From positions 2,217 to 66,216 of IMG/VR virus record IMGVR_UViG_3300027418_000009: a stretch of 64,000 nt of DNA. One strand, given 5' to 3'. Below the pieces are notes generated by a model. It worked only from the letters and a program-made list of their open reading frames with translations, made no database searches and had not been told where the DNA came from. Source of the stretch: a virus (lineage: Duplodnaviria; Caudoviricetes). This document shows positions 18,574-28,026 of this stretch, piece by piece (position 1 is the first letter of the stretch; every line of letters starts with the position of its first letter). Made by a program: the position numbers and the translations under genes.

Positions 18574-19365
18574 ATGAAGATATTTTTTAATTGTTTGGTC
18601 TATAAAGATCCAGATGTTGTAGGCGATTTAATTCTTAATATTAAAAAGTTTGTAAAAGATCCTGTGATTGTTTTGCATGTGTCACCTGATTTTAATGATT
18701 TTGATTTCAATAGATTTTCTTCTATAAATAATGTTTATATTAATCCTAACAGATATGCTCATGGTCAATGGGGTACAAAAATAAAAGCATTGGTTTCAAA
18801 CCATGACCTGCTAATAAGCAAGAGCATAGGCTTTGATTATGAGATTATATTTTATCCTAAGATGTTGTTTATTAGACATGGGATAGAAGAATATTTAGAT
18901 GGAGTTGATGCTTGTATGCCAACGCCAACAAAAGAAAAAAGAGATGCAATGGAGTACGCATTAAATACAAAAATGGATGTCTTTACTGAAGAAGAAAAAA
19001 CCTTTTTTAATAATGACATTGAAAAGTTTTTGGTAGAGGGTATTTCTTTTAGTAAAACAATTTCAAACAGAATGTATGAAATGATAAAGTGCACACCTCT
19101 GTATAATAGAGAGGGTCATTGCTATGAAGAGTTTATAGTCCCCACTGTAGCCAAGTATTTTTCAGAAAAAGTAAAGGACTATCCTGGTATAATTAGTTAT
19201 TGGGACCTATCTATAGAAGACCTAAAGTTGATTTTAAGCGGGGAAATAAATAAATTTTCTTCGTTTTTCACAGATAGTCAGAATATAGATCAGGTATACT
19301 TAGTTCATAAGGTAGACTATGGGTATAACAATCCCGTACGAAAGTTAATAAGGGAGATAACATGA
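18574..19365 (+). CDS. hypothetical, possible glycosyltransferase-like protein
   Basis: Located in the glycan cluster; IVLHVS, VYINP, EEFIVPT. Confidence 0.45.
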   Translation: MKIFFNCLVYKDPDVVGDLILNIKKFVKDPVIVLHVSPDFNDFDFNRFSSINNVYINPNRYAHGQWGTKIKALVSNHDLLISKSIGFDYEIIFYPKMLFIRHGIEEYLDGVDACMPTPTKEKRDAMEYALNTKMDVFTEEEKTFFNNDIEKFLVEGISFSKTISNRMYEMIKCTPLYNREGHCYEEFIVPTVAKYFSEKVKDYPGIISYWDLSIEDLKLILSGEINKFSSFFTDSQNIDQVYLVHKVDYGYNNPVRKLIREIT

Positions 19366-19802
19366 TTAAAATAGCACACCGTGGTAATGTGATGGGGCCA
19401 GTTCCAGTATTGGAAAATCGCCCAGACTACTTACTTGATGCAATCGCACAGGGTTATGATGTAGAGGTAGATGTTTGGTGGCATCAAAATGCAATATGGT
19501 TTGGTCATGATGAGCCACAATACATTGTTTCACCAGAAGAGTTTTACAAGATCAGAGATAAGGCTTGGTTTCATTGCAAGGACTTCAATGCTTTAGATCA
19601 TTTTATTAATAAGCAGCCAACAGCAAGATTCTTTTGGCACCAACAAGATGACTTCACACTAACAAGTAACGGATACATCTGGACCTATCCAGGTAAGGCA
19701 ACTGGAAGTAATTCTATTAAGGTTGATCTTAGATTAGATAGTAATGAATTAATGTACACTCCTGCGGGGATTTGCACAGACTACCCGTATCTGATACAAT
19801 AG
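19362..19802 (+). CDS. GDPD/PI-PLC-like phosphodiesterase
   Basis: IAHRGN, VEVDVW, GHDEP, HCKD, GICTDY. Confidence 0.8.
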   Translation: MIKIAHRGNVMGPVPVLENRPDYLLDAIAQGYDVEVDVWWHQNAIWFGHDEPQYIVSPEEFYKIRDKAWFHCKDFNALDHFINKQPTARFFWHQQDDFTLTSNGYIWTYPGKATGSNSIKVDLRLDSNELMYTPAGICTDYPYLIQ

Positions 19803-19825
19803 ATATCTAATAGATAGGCTTCATA

Positions 19826-20032
19826 ATGTTTTCATGGGTATTAGCCGTAATTGGCGTTACAGGCATCTTCTTTGTTGGTCGTAAGACCATTTGGGGATGG
19901 TATGTGTTATTGTTTAATGAAGTACTTTGGATTGCTTATGCTATCAATACAGATCAGTATGGTTTTATATTTAGTGCATTAGCCTATGCTGCTGTTTATA
20001 TTAAGTCCTACCTACATTGGAAGAGAGAATAG
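19826..20032 (+). CDS. small PnuC-like membrane protein
   Basis: Three short TM helices, GW..W pattern. Confidence 0.55.
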   Translation: MFSWVLAVIGVTGIFFVGRKTIWGWYVLLFNEVLWIAYAINTDQYGFIFSALAYAAVYIKSYLHWKRE

Positions 20033-20034
20033 TA

Positions 20035-20271
20035 ATGTATACAGATTCAATGAGAAGAGCCTTTAGATCACTTAGAGGACCAAAGAATTTTGAACTTCAA
20101 ATAGTAGATCATGACAACTTTTTAACAGTAAAGGCAAGTGAAAAACAATTTATGAGCCTTTCTGGTGAAGAAAGAAAAGAAGCAGTAGAATATATGGTTC
20201 GTGCAAAAAAAGCCCTAGAAGACAACGGAGCAATTGTACTCTTAGTTCGTGAAGGAGGCAAAGAAGATTAA
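20035..20271 (+). CDS. hypothetical protein
   Basis: ORF MYTDSMRRAF..., in operon. Confidence 0.6.
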   Translation: MYTDSMRRAFRSLRGPKNFELQIVDHDNFLTVKASEKQFMSLSGEERKEAVEYMVRAKKALEDNGAIVLLVREGGKED

Positions 20272-20478
20272 GAATATAATTATTTGTAAAATAATTGGAC
20301 ACAAAAGCAGAATATCTAAATGTCCATTTACTTTAAACGTTTACGATGTATGTGATAGATGCCAAGGCACAGTGATCATTGGAAGTTGGAATCCAAATGA
20401 ACAGTAACTCAGAGATATGGTTTGATGATGAGTTTCCTAGAGATGGAAGTTTAGACTATTATGTATGGAGGGATTTAA

Positions 20479-20904
20479 ATGATTAACACTATTGTTTCTT
20501 TAATATTTCTTATTTTGTTTCTTTTTTCTTTTTTTTCATCTTCACACTTCTGGCTTGAAAATAAAAAACTCAAGGTTCTTGTTGCTCAAACAAAAATAGA
20601 TCTTGAAATTGCTTCAAAGTTTTTTGTAGAAGAGTTTAATGAAAAACAAGATAATGAACAACAGGCAAAAGATGATTTTATAAAATTTTTGTCAGAATCT
20701 CGTGACTGGTCATATACCTACATAGAGGATGTTCAGAGTACGATTGGTAAGTTTATTAAAGATATTGAGCCAGAAATAAAATATTTTGACGAGTATGGGG
20801 TTGTTGGCTCAGCGTATCCTCACTACTATTCAATGAAGAAGATCTCTTCTGCCTATAAAGAACTAAAGGGGCTTCTTCCTGAAGACTATGGTAAACTAGA
20901 GTAG
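20479..20904 (+). CDS. membrane-anchored hypothetical protein
   Basis: N-terminal TM; SD GGAGG. Confidence 0.6.
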   Translation: MINTIVSLIFLILFLFSFFSSSHFWLENKKLKVLVAQTKIDLEIASKFFVEEFNEKQDNEQQAKDDFIKFLSESRDWSYTYIEDVQSTIGKFIKDIEPEIKYFDEYGVVGSAYPHYYSMKKISSAYKELKGLLPEDYGKLE

Positions 20905-21070
20905 TGATAGAATTAAAAAATCCTAAAGATTTGCCTTACGCTGGCTATCAAGTCTGCGAAGTAAAAGACTGCAAAGAACAGTCTGAAAAAATTTGGGCAT
21001 CTTCAGAAATAAGAATAATAGATTTATGCTTAAAGCATTACGATCAATTGAGAAATGAAAGGTATACACC

Positions 21071-21229
21071 ATGAAAGATATTATATTATCAATACTAACA
21101 GGTTTTGGGTGTGGCGTAGTATTTGCTGCATTCAAATTGCCAGTACCAGCACCACCAGTTTTTGCGGGAGTCGCAGGAATTATTGGTCTATGGATTGGTT
21201 TTACAGTACTAACAAAATTCATATCCTAG
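21071..21229 (+). CDS. XapX/DUF1427-like membrane protein (not in ORF track)
   Basis: MKDIILSILTGFGCGVVFAAFKLPVPAPPVFAGVAGIIGLWIG: LPxPAPP signature. Confidence 0.8.
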   Translation: MKDIILSILTGFGCGVVFAAFKLPVPAPPVFAGVAGIIGLWIGFTVLTKFIS

Positions 21230-21239
21230 GAGGAATAAA

Positions 21240-21518
21240 ATGAATACAGAACAACTAAAGGCAATGCTAGCATCATACGGAAGATCCGTTCTTGGTGCAG
21301 CCATCGCTCTATATATGTCTGGGGTTACAGATCCTAAGACACTTGCATACGCACTAATTGCTGCAATCGCACCTGTTGCATTGAGAGCAATCAACCCTAA
21401 CGATTCTGCTTTTGGAAGACTACCAGAAGTACCAGAAGTCGAAAAGGCATTGAAGGCAGCGGGACTTAGGGTAACACCTAAGAAGTCTCCAGCAAAGAAA
21501 GCAGCAGCAAAGAAGTAA
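21240..21518 (+). CDS. putative holin-like membrane protein
   Basis: Two TM helices, NPxD motif, basic tail; SD GGAGG. Confidence 0.5.
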   Translation: MNTEQLKAMLASYGRSVLGAAIALYMSGVTDPKTLAYALIAAIAPVALRAINPNDSAFGRLPEVPEVEKALKAAGLRVTPKKSPAKKAAAKK

Positions 21519-21529
21519 CTAATTAGATT

Positions 21530-21561
21530 AGCAGGCTAGGGTAGTTGACTAGCCTGTTTTT
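21530..21561 (+). terminator. intrinsic terminator
   Basis: gcaggctag...ctagcctgt hairpin plus T-run. Confidence 0.7.
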
Positions 21562-21630
21562 CTATGCTATAATTAAGGTACCTGCCCGATAGGGGGGTAA
21601 ATTAACTTATTCGCTTGAAAGGGGAATAAC

Positions 21631-22044
21631 ATGGTAACAACAACCTTGGATCTATTTAATGATCCTTTTTTTATTGGCTTCAACAGAGAGTTGAGTCGCC
21701 TAAATACAGCACATAAAACAAATTCACAATCATATCCACCCTACGATCTTCTAAAACTAGATGAAGATACATATCAGATCTCATTGGCTATTGCTGGATT
21801 TTCCAGGGAAGACATTGATGTCTCAGTAGACAATGGAACTCTTATTATTAAGGGTGAGATTGTAGAAGTAACAGACGCTGAAGTAGTTCACAAGGGTATC
21901 GCTGGTCGTAAATTTGTACGATCATTTGCTCTTGGAGAATATATGGAAGTTACTTCTGCAGAACTAAAGGACGGCATGCTACATGTTCATGTAGTTCGCA
22001 TTGTTCCTGAAGATAAAAAGCCTAAGACAATCAAAATCAAGTAG
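21631..22044 (+). CDS. small heat shock protein (Hsp20/IbpA-like)
   Basis: SYPPYDL, AIAGFS, HKGIAGRKFVRSF, LKDGML, VPEDKKPKTI. Confidence 0.92.
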   Translation: MVTTTLDLFNDPFFIGFNRELSRLNTAHKTNSQSYPPYDLLKLDEDTYQISLAIAGFSREDIDVSVDNGTLIIKGEIVEVTDAEVVHKGIAGRKFVRSFALGEYMEVTSAELKDGMLHVHVVRIVPEDKKPKTIKIK

Positions 22045-22048
22045 TCAC

Positions 22049-22076
22049 TAGTCCTGAGTATGACTAAAACTGCTCA
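22049..22076 (+). ncRNA. 3' pseudoknot element, copy 1
   Basis: tagtc-c-tgagta-t-gacta-aaac-tgctca just after the Hsp20 stop. Confidence 0.65.
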
Positions 22077-22078
22077 CT

Positions 22079-22126
22079 ATTCATCTAAAGTTAACTTTTA
22101 GTTTACCAATTATAACAAAAATTTAC
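22079..22126 (+). promoter_or_regulatory. candidate PHO-box direct repeats upstream of pstS
   Basis: ATTCAT/GTTAAC/GTTTAC/TATAAC/ATTTAC at 11,11,10,10-nt spacing before a TATACT -10. Confidence 0.45.
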
Positions 22127-22150
22127 ATTCAGATCAGATATACTATAAGT

Positions 22151-23197
22151 ATGAAATTTAAATTCATTGCTTTACCAATAGCATTAGCCATATTTGCTAA
22201 TGCTTTTTTTATTACTCCTTCACATGCTGATAACCTTCAAGGTGCTGGATCCACATTTGCTGCTAACTTTATAGACAGATGCAGGGTCGAATTTATGAAA
22301 TCAACAGGAGATTCTGTTGTATATGGAGCATCTGGCTCAGGTGCTGGAAAGAATATGTTTACAAATGGAATAACAGACTTTGCTATGTCAGATGTTCCTT
22401 ATTCAGGATCAGAACAAAAACCATCAAAAGAGTTCACCTATGTACCATTAGTTGCAGGGCCAATTGGAATTATATACAAACTTGATGAATATAAGATTAC
22501 TATTAAGATGAGCAGAGATACACTTGCTAAAGTTTTTGCGGGACAAATAACAATGTGGAACGATCCACAAATACTAAAAGAAAACATGATAGGAGCAAGA
22601 CTACCTAAGATACCAGCAACAAAGATTAGAGTTGTATACCGTGTTGATGGTTCTGGAACTTCAGAAGTTTTTACTTCATATTTAAATGCAGTTGCTCCAG
22701 CAATCTGGACAAAGCCAGGCAACAAAAACTTTGGTACTGCATTCCCTGGAGACATATCTAGGCAGTATATGAACAGTGCTTCTGGATCACATGGAATTGC
22801 AATGGTACAAGGAACAACAAATGGATCTATTGGATATAACGAGATATCATATGCAAGAGGATTAAAAACAGTCTCTGTTGAGAATGAGGCTGGAAGGTTT
22901 ATGCAGCCAACAGTAGGCGCAGCCTCAGTATTCCTTGGAGACTTTGTTCCAGATAAAAGCGGGGTAGTTAAGATTAACTATAAGAACCCTAATAAACTAT
23001 CTTATAACATATCTACTTTTACATATGGAATAGCATATAAAGAGAAAAACTCAAAGAATGATTCAGTTAAAAAGTTCTTTAACTTCATGCTTGATACCTG
23101 TGGCAAGAAGGCTGAGGACTTGGGATACTCCCCAATCAGGAGCGCTATGCTTAAGTTCTCAAAGGCAAGAGTAGCAGAAATAAGTTCAAAACCGTAG
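22151..23197 (+). CDS. pstS: phosphate ABC transporter substrate-binding protein
   Basis: GAGSTF, GSGAG, DFAMSD, RVDGSGTS, GSIGY. Confidence 0.92.
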   Translation: MKFKFIALPIALAIFANAFFITPSHADNLQGAGSTFAANFIDRCRVEFMKSTGDSVVYGASGSGAGKNMFTNGITDFAMSDVPYSGSEQKPSKEFTYVPLVAGPIGIIYKLDEYKITIKMSRDTLAKVFAGQITMWNDPQILKENMIGARLPKIPATKIRVVYRVDGSGTSEVFTSYLNAVAPAIWTKPGNKNFGTAFPGDISRQYMNSASGSHGIAMVQGTTNGSIGYNEISYARGLKTVSVENEAGRFMQPTVGAASVFLGDFVPDKSGVVKINYKNPNKLSYNISTFTYGIAYKEKNSKNDSVKKFFNFMLDTCGKKAEDLGYSPIRSAMLKFSKARVAEISSKP

Positions 23198-23209
23198 TAT
23201 AATAGACAC

Positions 23210-23322
23210 TATTCCGCTTAAGACTTTAAAAGGTTTTGCAACGGATGCTTCCTTGATGGAAGAGTTGGCAGGAGTTGAACCTTCGTGGCTAATAGACCTG
23301 AGCAGTCGTCTCTAAACTGCTC
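23210..23322 (+). ncRNA. candidate multi-hairpin small RNA ending in pseudoknot copy 2
   Basis: TATAAT at 23198; three hairpins, then agac-c-tgagca-gtc-gtct-ctaaac-tgctc. Confidence 0.55.
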
Positions 23323-23345
23323 TTTTCTTATGCTATAATTATTAG

Positions 23346-23972
23346 ATGATAAAAGAGGGCGACTTTGTTATGGGCATGACATCAGAAGGCATGATTCATG
23401 GCATGGTAGAGCATATTATGAGTGAAGGTGGCACCTATGGTGTTCCTGGAACAGAGTATGCAATTGAGTCAATGCCACCAGAAAACCCAGCAATGGCTGT
23501 TAGAATTTATGAAGAAGAAGACGGTACATGGGAACCAACAGCATACAGTATTGGAATGATGTACAAGGATGCTGAAGTTATTGATATAAACAATCACAGC
23601 ATGAAAGAAGAAGGTATGGATTCAGAAGTCGCAATGGCAATGTTTGATTCTCAATTGGGCAAAGCAGAAAATCCAATTATGCCAACAGAGACCTACCAAG
23701 GTAAAGAGTATGATGGTTGCGGATGCCCAACATGTAAAGAGTTAAATGTAAACTGTGAGAACTGTCCTGTTTGTCAGGCAGAAGAAATGAAGAGCGATTG
23801 CTGTTCAGATCTAAACAAGCAAGCACCTTGTTGGGATGGTTATGTACAGCGTGGAATGAAGCCAGGAGCAGACGGTAAGCCAGTTCCTAACTGTGTTCCT
23901 GCTGCAAAGGCTTTGTTTGCTGATTTTGGCAAGGACTACACAAAGGTACAAACAGAGAGACACTCACTATAA
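23346..23972 (+). CDS. hypothetical protein with Cys cluster and CWxGY..VPNCVP motif
   Basis: ORF with TGCTATAAT immediately upstream. Confidence 0.65.
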   Translation: MIKEGDFVMGMTSEGMIHGMVEHIMSEGGTYGVPGTEYAIESMPPENPAMAVRIYEEEDGTWEPTAYSIGMMYKDAEVIDINNHSMKEEGMDSEVAMAMFDSQLGKAENPIMPTETYQGKEYDGCGCPTCKELNVNCENCPVCQAEEMKSDCCSDLNKQAPCWDGYVQRGMKPGADGKPVPNCVPAAKALFADFGKDYTKVQTERHSL

Positions 23973-24102
23973 TGCCAAAGAAAAAAGCAGCAGCGTTTAA
24001 TCCAGTACAGATAAAAGATGGATGGATTGTTAGACTATATAAAGATGGTCGAATTAAGTCTAAGATCGCTCCATACGAACCAAAACATCCTAAAAAGTAG
24101 AG

Positions 24103-24175
24103 TACCCCTGGCAGGAATCGAACCTGCGACGCTTGGCTTAGAAGTCCAACGTTCTGTCCACTGAACTACAGAGGT
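24103..24175 (-). tRNA. tRNA-Arg(TCT)
   Basis: Reverse-strand cloverleaf; anticodon loop ctTCTaa. Confidence 0.9.
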
Positions 24176-24176
24176 G

Positions 24177-24253
24177 TGGTACACCAGGTAGGACTTGAAC
24201 CTACGATAGCCGAATTATGAGTTCGGTGCCTTAACCAACTTGGCTACTGGTGC
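24177..24253 (-). tRNA. tRNA with CAT anticodon (Ile2 or elongator Met), CCA encoded
   Basis: Anticodon loop ctCATaa; lacks the initiator GGG/CCC anticodon stem. Confidence 0.88.
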
Positions 24254-24527
24254 TAGACCTTATCTTGCTAATAGACCAACCAAGAACCCAACCATAAACA
24301 TTGACATACCAATTACCCAGTGATAAGATTTAATTAACTGATCTTGAATAATTTGATACTTAATATTATCTGGAACAAAAACAAATTCATCATCGCCCAT
24401 GTCAATCTTATATTTACTATTCACCTTGGTTAACTCCTTTTGTCATAACTAAATAACATACTACATACCCTGCAATAAAAGCAGGAATTATAAATAAATA
24501 ACTTATCATTGATATACTCCGTTCTCA

Positions 24528-24977
24528 TTAATCACGATTGCCATCCCAGTCACCAATCTTAGTAGTAGGAATTCCATAGTTTTCCCATAACTTAATAACA
24601 CTAGGGTTATCATCTACTGCATGAAAAACATTCCAATGCTTCTTAATCTTAAGTAGAATATCTTTTTTAACTTCATAGTCTGGTCTGTTGTCATCATCAC
24701 TACGCATATATAATGCGTGATGTCCAATATCGTTCTTGGCAAGCCAATAAGATGTTAGTCCACGCCAAACTTCTTTTCGTGAGGTAACAATAATAATATG
24801 CATCTGATCAAAGAATGCCTCATTAAGCATTTGGACTACTTCAAAATTTGGCAGGGCATCTATAGAAGCCTCATGAAAAGCCTCATAGTCCCTATTAGAG
24901 CCACGAACATGGTGGATGTATGGATCTACATTGGCTAGCGTTCCATCTACATCGAATATTACTGCTAAGGGTTTCAC
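24528..24977 (-). CDS. HAD phosphatase, PseT (polynucleotide kinase) phosphatase-like
   Basis: FDVDGTL, VTSR, LYMR...RPDYEVK, VDDNP. Confidence 0.8.
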   Translation of the reverse strand: MKPLAVIFDVDGTLANVDPYIHHVRGSNRDYEAFHEASIDALPNFEVVQMLNEAFFDQMHIIIVTSRKEVWRGLTSYWLAKNDIGHHALYMRSDDDNRPDYEVKKDILLKIKKHWNVFHAVDDNPSVIKLWENYGIPTTKIGDWDGNRD

Positions 24978-25131
24978 TCGTGCTCCTTCATATGTTTAGA
25001 TAAACTTTCATTAGCCATGATTCCCCATCTTAGTATCCATTCTTTTTTGCATACTGGACAAGTTAAAGACCTGTTGTGTTTTGTTTGATCCATAGTTCTA
25101 TTCTACTCCTAAGAAGTTTGAAAGTCAAACG

Positions 25132-25202
25132 CTTCCAGACATAGACTCGAACTATGATTCACGGCTTCAAAGGCCGTTGTCCTGCCATTGGACGATCTGG
25201 AA
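25132..25202 (-). tRNA. tRNA-Gln(TTG)
   Basis: Reverse-strand cloverleaf; anticodon loop ctTTGaa. Confidence 0.88.
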
Positions 25203-25206
25203 TTAG

Positions 25207-25278
25207 TAGCCCTACAGAGAATTGAACTCTGCCCACCAAGATGAAAGCCTGGTATCCTAACCACTAGACGATAGGGCC
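25207..25278 (-). tRNA. tRNA-Glu(TTC)
   Basis: Reverse-strand cloverleaf; anticodon loop ctTTCat. Confidence 0.88.
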
Positions 25279-25279
25279 G

Positions 25280-25353
25280 TGGAGCGAGTGACCAGAATCG
25301 AACTGGCACAATCAACTTGGAAGGATGATGCACTACCATTATGCAACACTCGC
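25280..25353 (-). tRNA. tRNA-Gly(TCC), CCA encoded
   Basis: Acceptor gcgagtg/cactcgc; anticodon loop ctTCCaa. Confidence 0.88.
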
Positions 25354-25526
25354 TTGTTTATTCAGTATAACAGATTACTTGTTCTTATGTCTTTTACAAA
25401 CAGGATATCTAGAAGCATCTGCACCTCTAAGAATAGGTCCACATATTTCACATTTAAGTTTAAGTTTAAATTCATAGTTATCTATCTTATTAGACAACTC
25501 AAACATTGCTCGTACTTGTTCTTCTT

Positions 25527-25820
25527 TCATTCTTTATCCCAGTAGGCTTTCCCAAACTCATCATAGTCATCCCAACCAGCACCGTTTAAGTCTTTGCTTA
25601 ATCCTTCTATGTCAAGTAAATAATATGTTCCCCAACGCTCATAAGGCTTATTAAGGATCTTCCACATTTTTGCGTGGTACTTAAATCTAAAGCCAAGGTT
25701 ATCATCTTCATCATAATTAAATGCTTTAACTAAATGATTACCAGCGTATTCACCAAGAAAATTTCCAATCCATCGTAATGGAAGTACTTTAGTCTTTTCA
25801 ATCTTTGTTGTGTGTTTCAT
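25527..25820 (-). CDS. hypothetical protein
   Basis: ORF from MKHTTK; start uncertain. Confidence 0.5.
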   Translation of the reverse strand: MKHTTKIEKTKVLPLRWIGNFLGEYAGNHLVKAFNYDEDDNLGFRFKYHAKMWKILNKPYERWGTYYLLDIEGLSKDLNGAGWDDYDEFGKAYWDKE

Positions 25821-26006
25821 CTTTAGGCACCCACACTTTCTTTCCATCTTTCCATACAGGCCAATAGCCAAGGCTACGCCAGTCCATTTGAGTTATCTTA
25901 GGTTCTTTTGGCATAAGCACACCAAATTCTACCATCAGTCATTGTTTGATGCGTCTCCCAAAACAAAGGATCTTTTTGATGCATCTCACACTTGACGCAT
26001 TCATTT

Positions 26007-26189
26007 TTATTCAAAGTCTACCTGAGTTTCAAAATGTCTAGTCATATAGTTATCTTTACCTCTTGCTATATGTGCAGCAGCAAGACGCATACCTAATGCA
26101 TTAGTTACACCAGACTCAATTGGCAAGGCTTCAATTTCCCTTGCTATTTCTTCTCTTAATGACATTTCATCTATGCTCATGTTAGGCAA
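26007..26189 (-). CDS. hypothetical protein
   Basis: LREEIAREIE ORF. Confidence 0.5.
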   Translation of the reverse strand: MPNMSIDEMSLREEIAREIEALPIESGVTNALGMRLAAAHIARGKDNYMTRHFETQVDFE

Positions 26190-26377
26190 TCAATACTTGT
26201 AATGGTCATGTATGGTTCTTCTCGCATGGCAATTGCTCTAGCCTCTTCTTCCGTGGCAGCCATAATGTCCAAATGAAAGGATCTATCGTAGTCTAATAGT
26301 GATACTGTGTATACGTTCATATATCAATTATACACCCACCACCCCTTGAATGTCAAATATGATGATATAATAATCTT

Positions 26378-26614
26378 ATGCCAACACCACCAAATTATCA
26401 AGGCGCATACAACAACGGCGCAGATTACGCTATAGGAGATATTATTCTTGCTGATGGTAACCCATACGGTATAGCAGGAGCATATTATATTAGAAGCGGT
26501 AATCCAAACAACCCAGGGTATCCACCAGGAGACACAGGATCATGGAGCATATACAGCATGCCTAAAGGTATAGACGGCGCAGGATCAATTACTGGTTCGG
26601 GCGAAATCGCTTAA
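26378..26614 (+). CDS. small protein with carbohydrate-binding-like motif
   Basis: YAIGDII...PPG...W resembles ChtBD3/CBM5-12 modules; TGATATAAT directly upstream. Confidence 0.45.
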   Translation: MPTPPNYQGAYNNGADYAIGDIILADGNPYGIAGAYYIRSGNPNNPGYPPGDTGSWSIYSMPKGIDGAGSITGSGEIA

Positions 26615-26677
26615 TACGCTTTTAAAGTTCGGCGCAAAATAGAGGTTCTATAAACCTTCCCATGCCCTACACGGGCA

Positions 26678-26977
26678 CTATTGGTTAGTATCCATACTCT
26701 TATCCCATAGGACAAAACACTTAGTACATTGAATACCTTCTTCACGCATGTACCAAGTATGCTGACATTCTTTTTTGTTAACTGTTTTAACTTTTTTCTT
26801 CTTGGTCTTTGGGCTGCCTAATCCTTTAGCCTTCAACTGTTGCCTAAATGTACCATCTGGATCATGAACATGACATAGGCTGGCAGTTCTAAAGTTTTCT
26901 ACTTTGTTCCAACACCTTGTTCCTCTGTTGGTAGTAGCAGTGCAGTTTCTTGTTTTAATATCCACCAAGGCACTCAT
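26678..26977 (-). CDS. hypothetical Cys/His-rich protein
   Basis: C.A.T..G.RC...LCHVH; CQH..CTKC. Confidence 0.5.
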   Translation of the reverse strand: MSALVDIKTRNCTATTNRGTRCWNKVENFRTASLCHVHDPDGTFRQQLKAKGLGSPKTKKKKVKTVNKKECQHTWYMREEGIQCTKCFVLWDKSMDTNQ

Positions 26978-27167
26978 TTCTTGTATGATAAAGACGGATC
27001 TTAGTTAAAAGTTTGCGGGTATTGGCATTAATAAGTTCTCCACAAGCACCACAGTTCATATCCCATTCACCAGAGAAGAAGTCATATCTGGCACCATACT
27101 TTTGTTTAGCATATTTGGCTATGCGAAAGGCAGTAAATGGGTCTGGGATTTCCATGTTCGTAATCAT
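26955..27167 (-). CDS. hypothetical protein
   Basis: ORF with CGACG. Confidence 0.5.
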   Translation of the reverse strand: MITNMEIPDPFTAFRIAKYAKQKYGARYDFFSGEWDMNCGACGELINANTRKLLTKIRLYHTRNECLGGY

Positions 27168-27373
27168 AGTTTGGCTACAAGGTCAGCAGCCATCTTAAGA
27201 CCTTTTACAACTCCATCATGATAGTCTTGGTTCTTAATGACTTTAACCCTATCCCAAACATCATAAGACTCTTGCTTTAATCTATCTGATATTTGCATTT
27301 TTAATACCATCTCGTCTATGTCCATAGATCAAGTATATCCAATTTTGGCGGGGAAGTCAAGTATAATAGACCT

Positions 27374-27691
27374 ATGAACGAAGCCATCCTATATATACTA
27401 TACAGCCCCATACATAAGGCTGTCAAGATAGGGATATCAGATATATCAGGTAAGAGGTTTGCTAGTCATAGGACCAAGGGTTGGATATTAGTCTCATATT
27501 GGCATTTTTTCGAACGGGATAAGGCAAGAGCCATAGAATCCCTAGTAATACAAACACTAAAGAAGAAACATGGGTCATACCTACATAAGGAGGATATGCC
27601 ACAAGGGGGCTATACAGAGACATTTGATGCAAGTAAGGTTACTAAGAGAGGTTTGATCCGTATGGTCAATAAGGCTATTAAGAGTGTTTGA
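27374..27691 (+). CDS. GIY-YIG/T5orf172-like nuclease-fold protein
   Basis: LYIL...VKIGIS...R...IE...GYTETF. Confidence 0.55.
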   Translation: MNEAILYILYSPIHKAVKIGISDISGKRFASHRTKGWILVSYWHFFERDKARAIESLVIQTLKKKHGSYLHKEDMPQGGYTETFDASKVTKRGLIRMVNKAIKSV

Positions 27692-28026
27692 TACCCTGGC
27701 ATTTTGGACATTGCTTCGTAATCTCTTTTGTACCATAGGCTACTTGATACATACCCCCACAGTTAAAGCATAGGACATCTAACATGTCATATCATCATCC
27801 ATAGCACCACACAGAGTACAGGTTACTTGACCATCAAGGTCTAGTTCATATTTGCAGTCATGTGTCATTTAAAGAAGTCTATTCCTATATACCATCTAAA
27901 GAGATACAAACCAATTTCCCATTCGTGTTTGATCGGATAGCCCCAGTTATGGAGATATACTCCAAGAGAATAATTAGCGGTCATCTTGCCATAGTGGAGT
28001 TTCATATATACATCATATCATAGAAG

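Noticed and set aside
25109-25545. ORFs 25109..25339 and 25279..25545
   Set aside because: They overlap three clear tRNA genes
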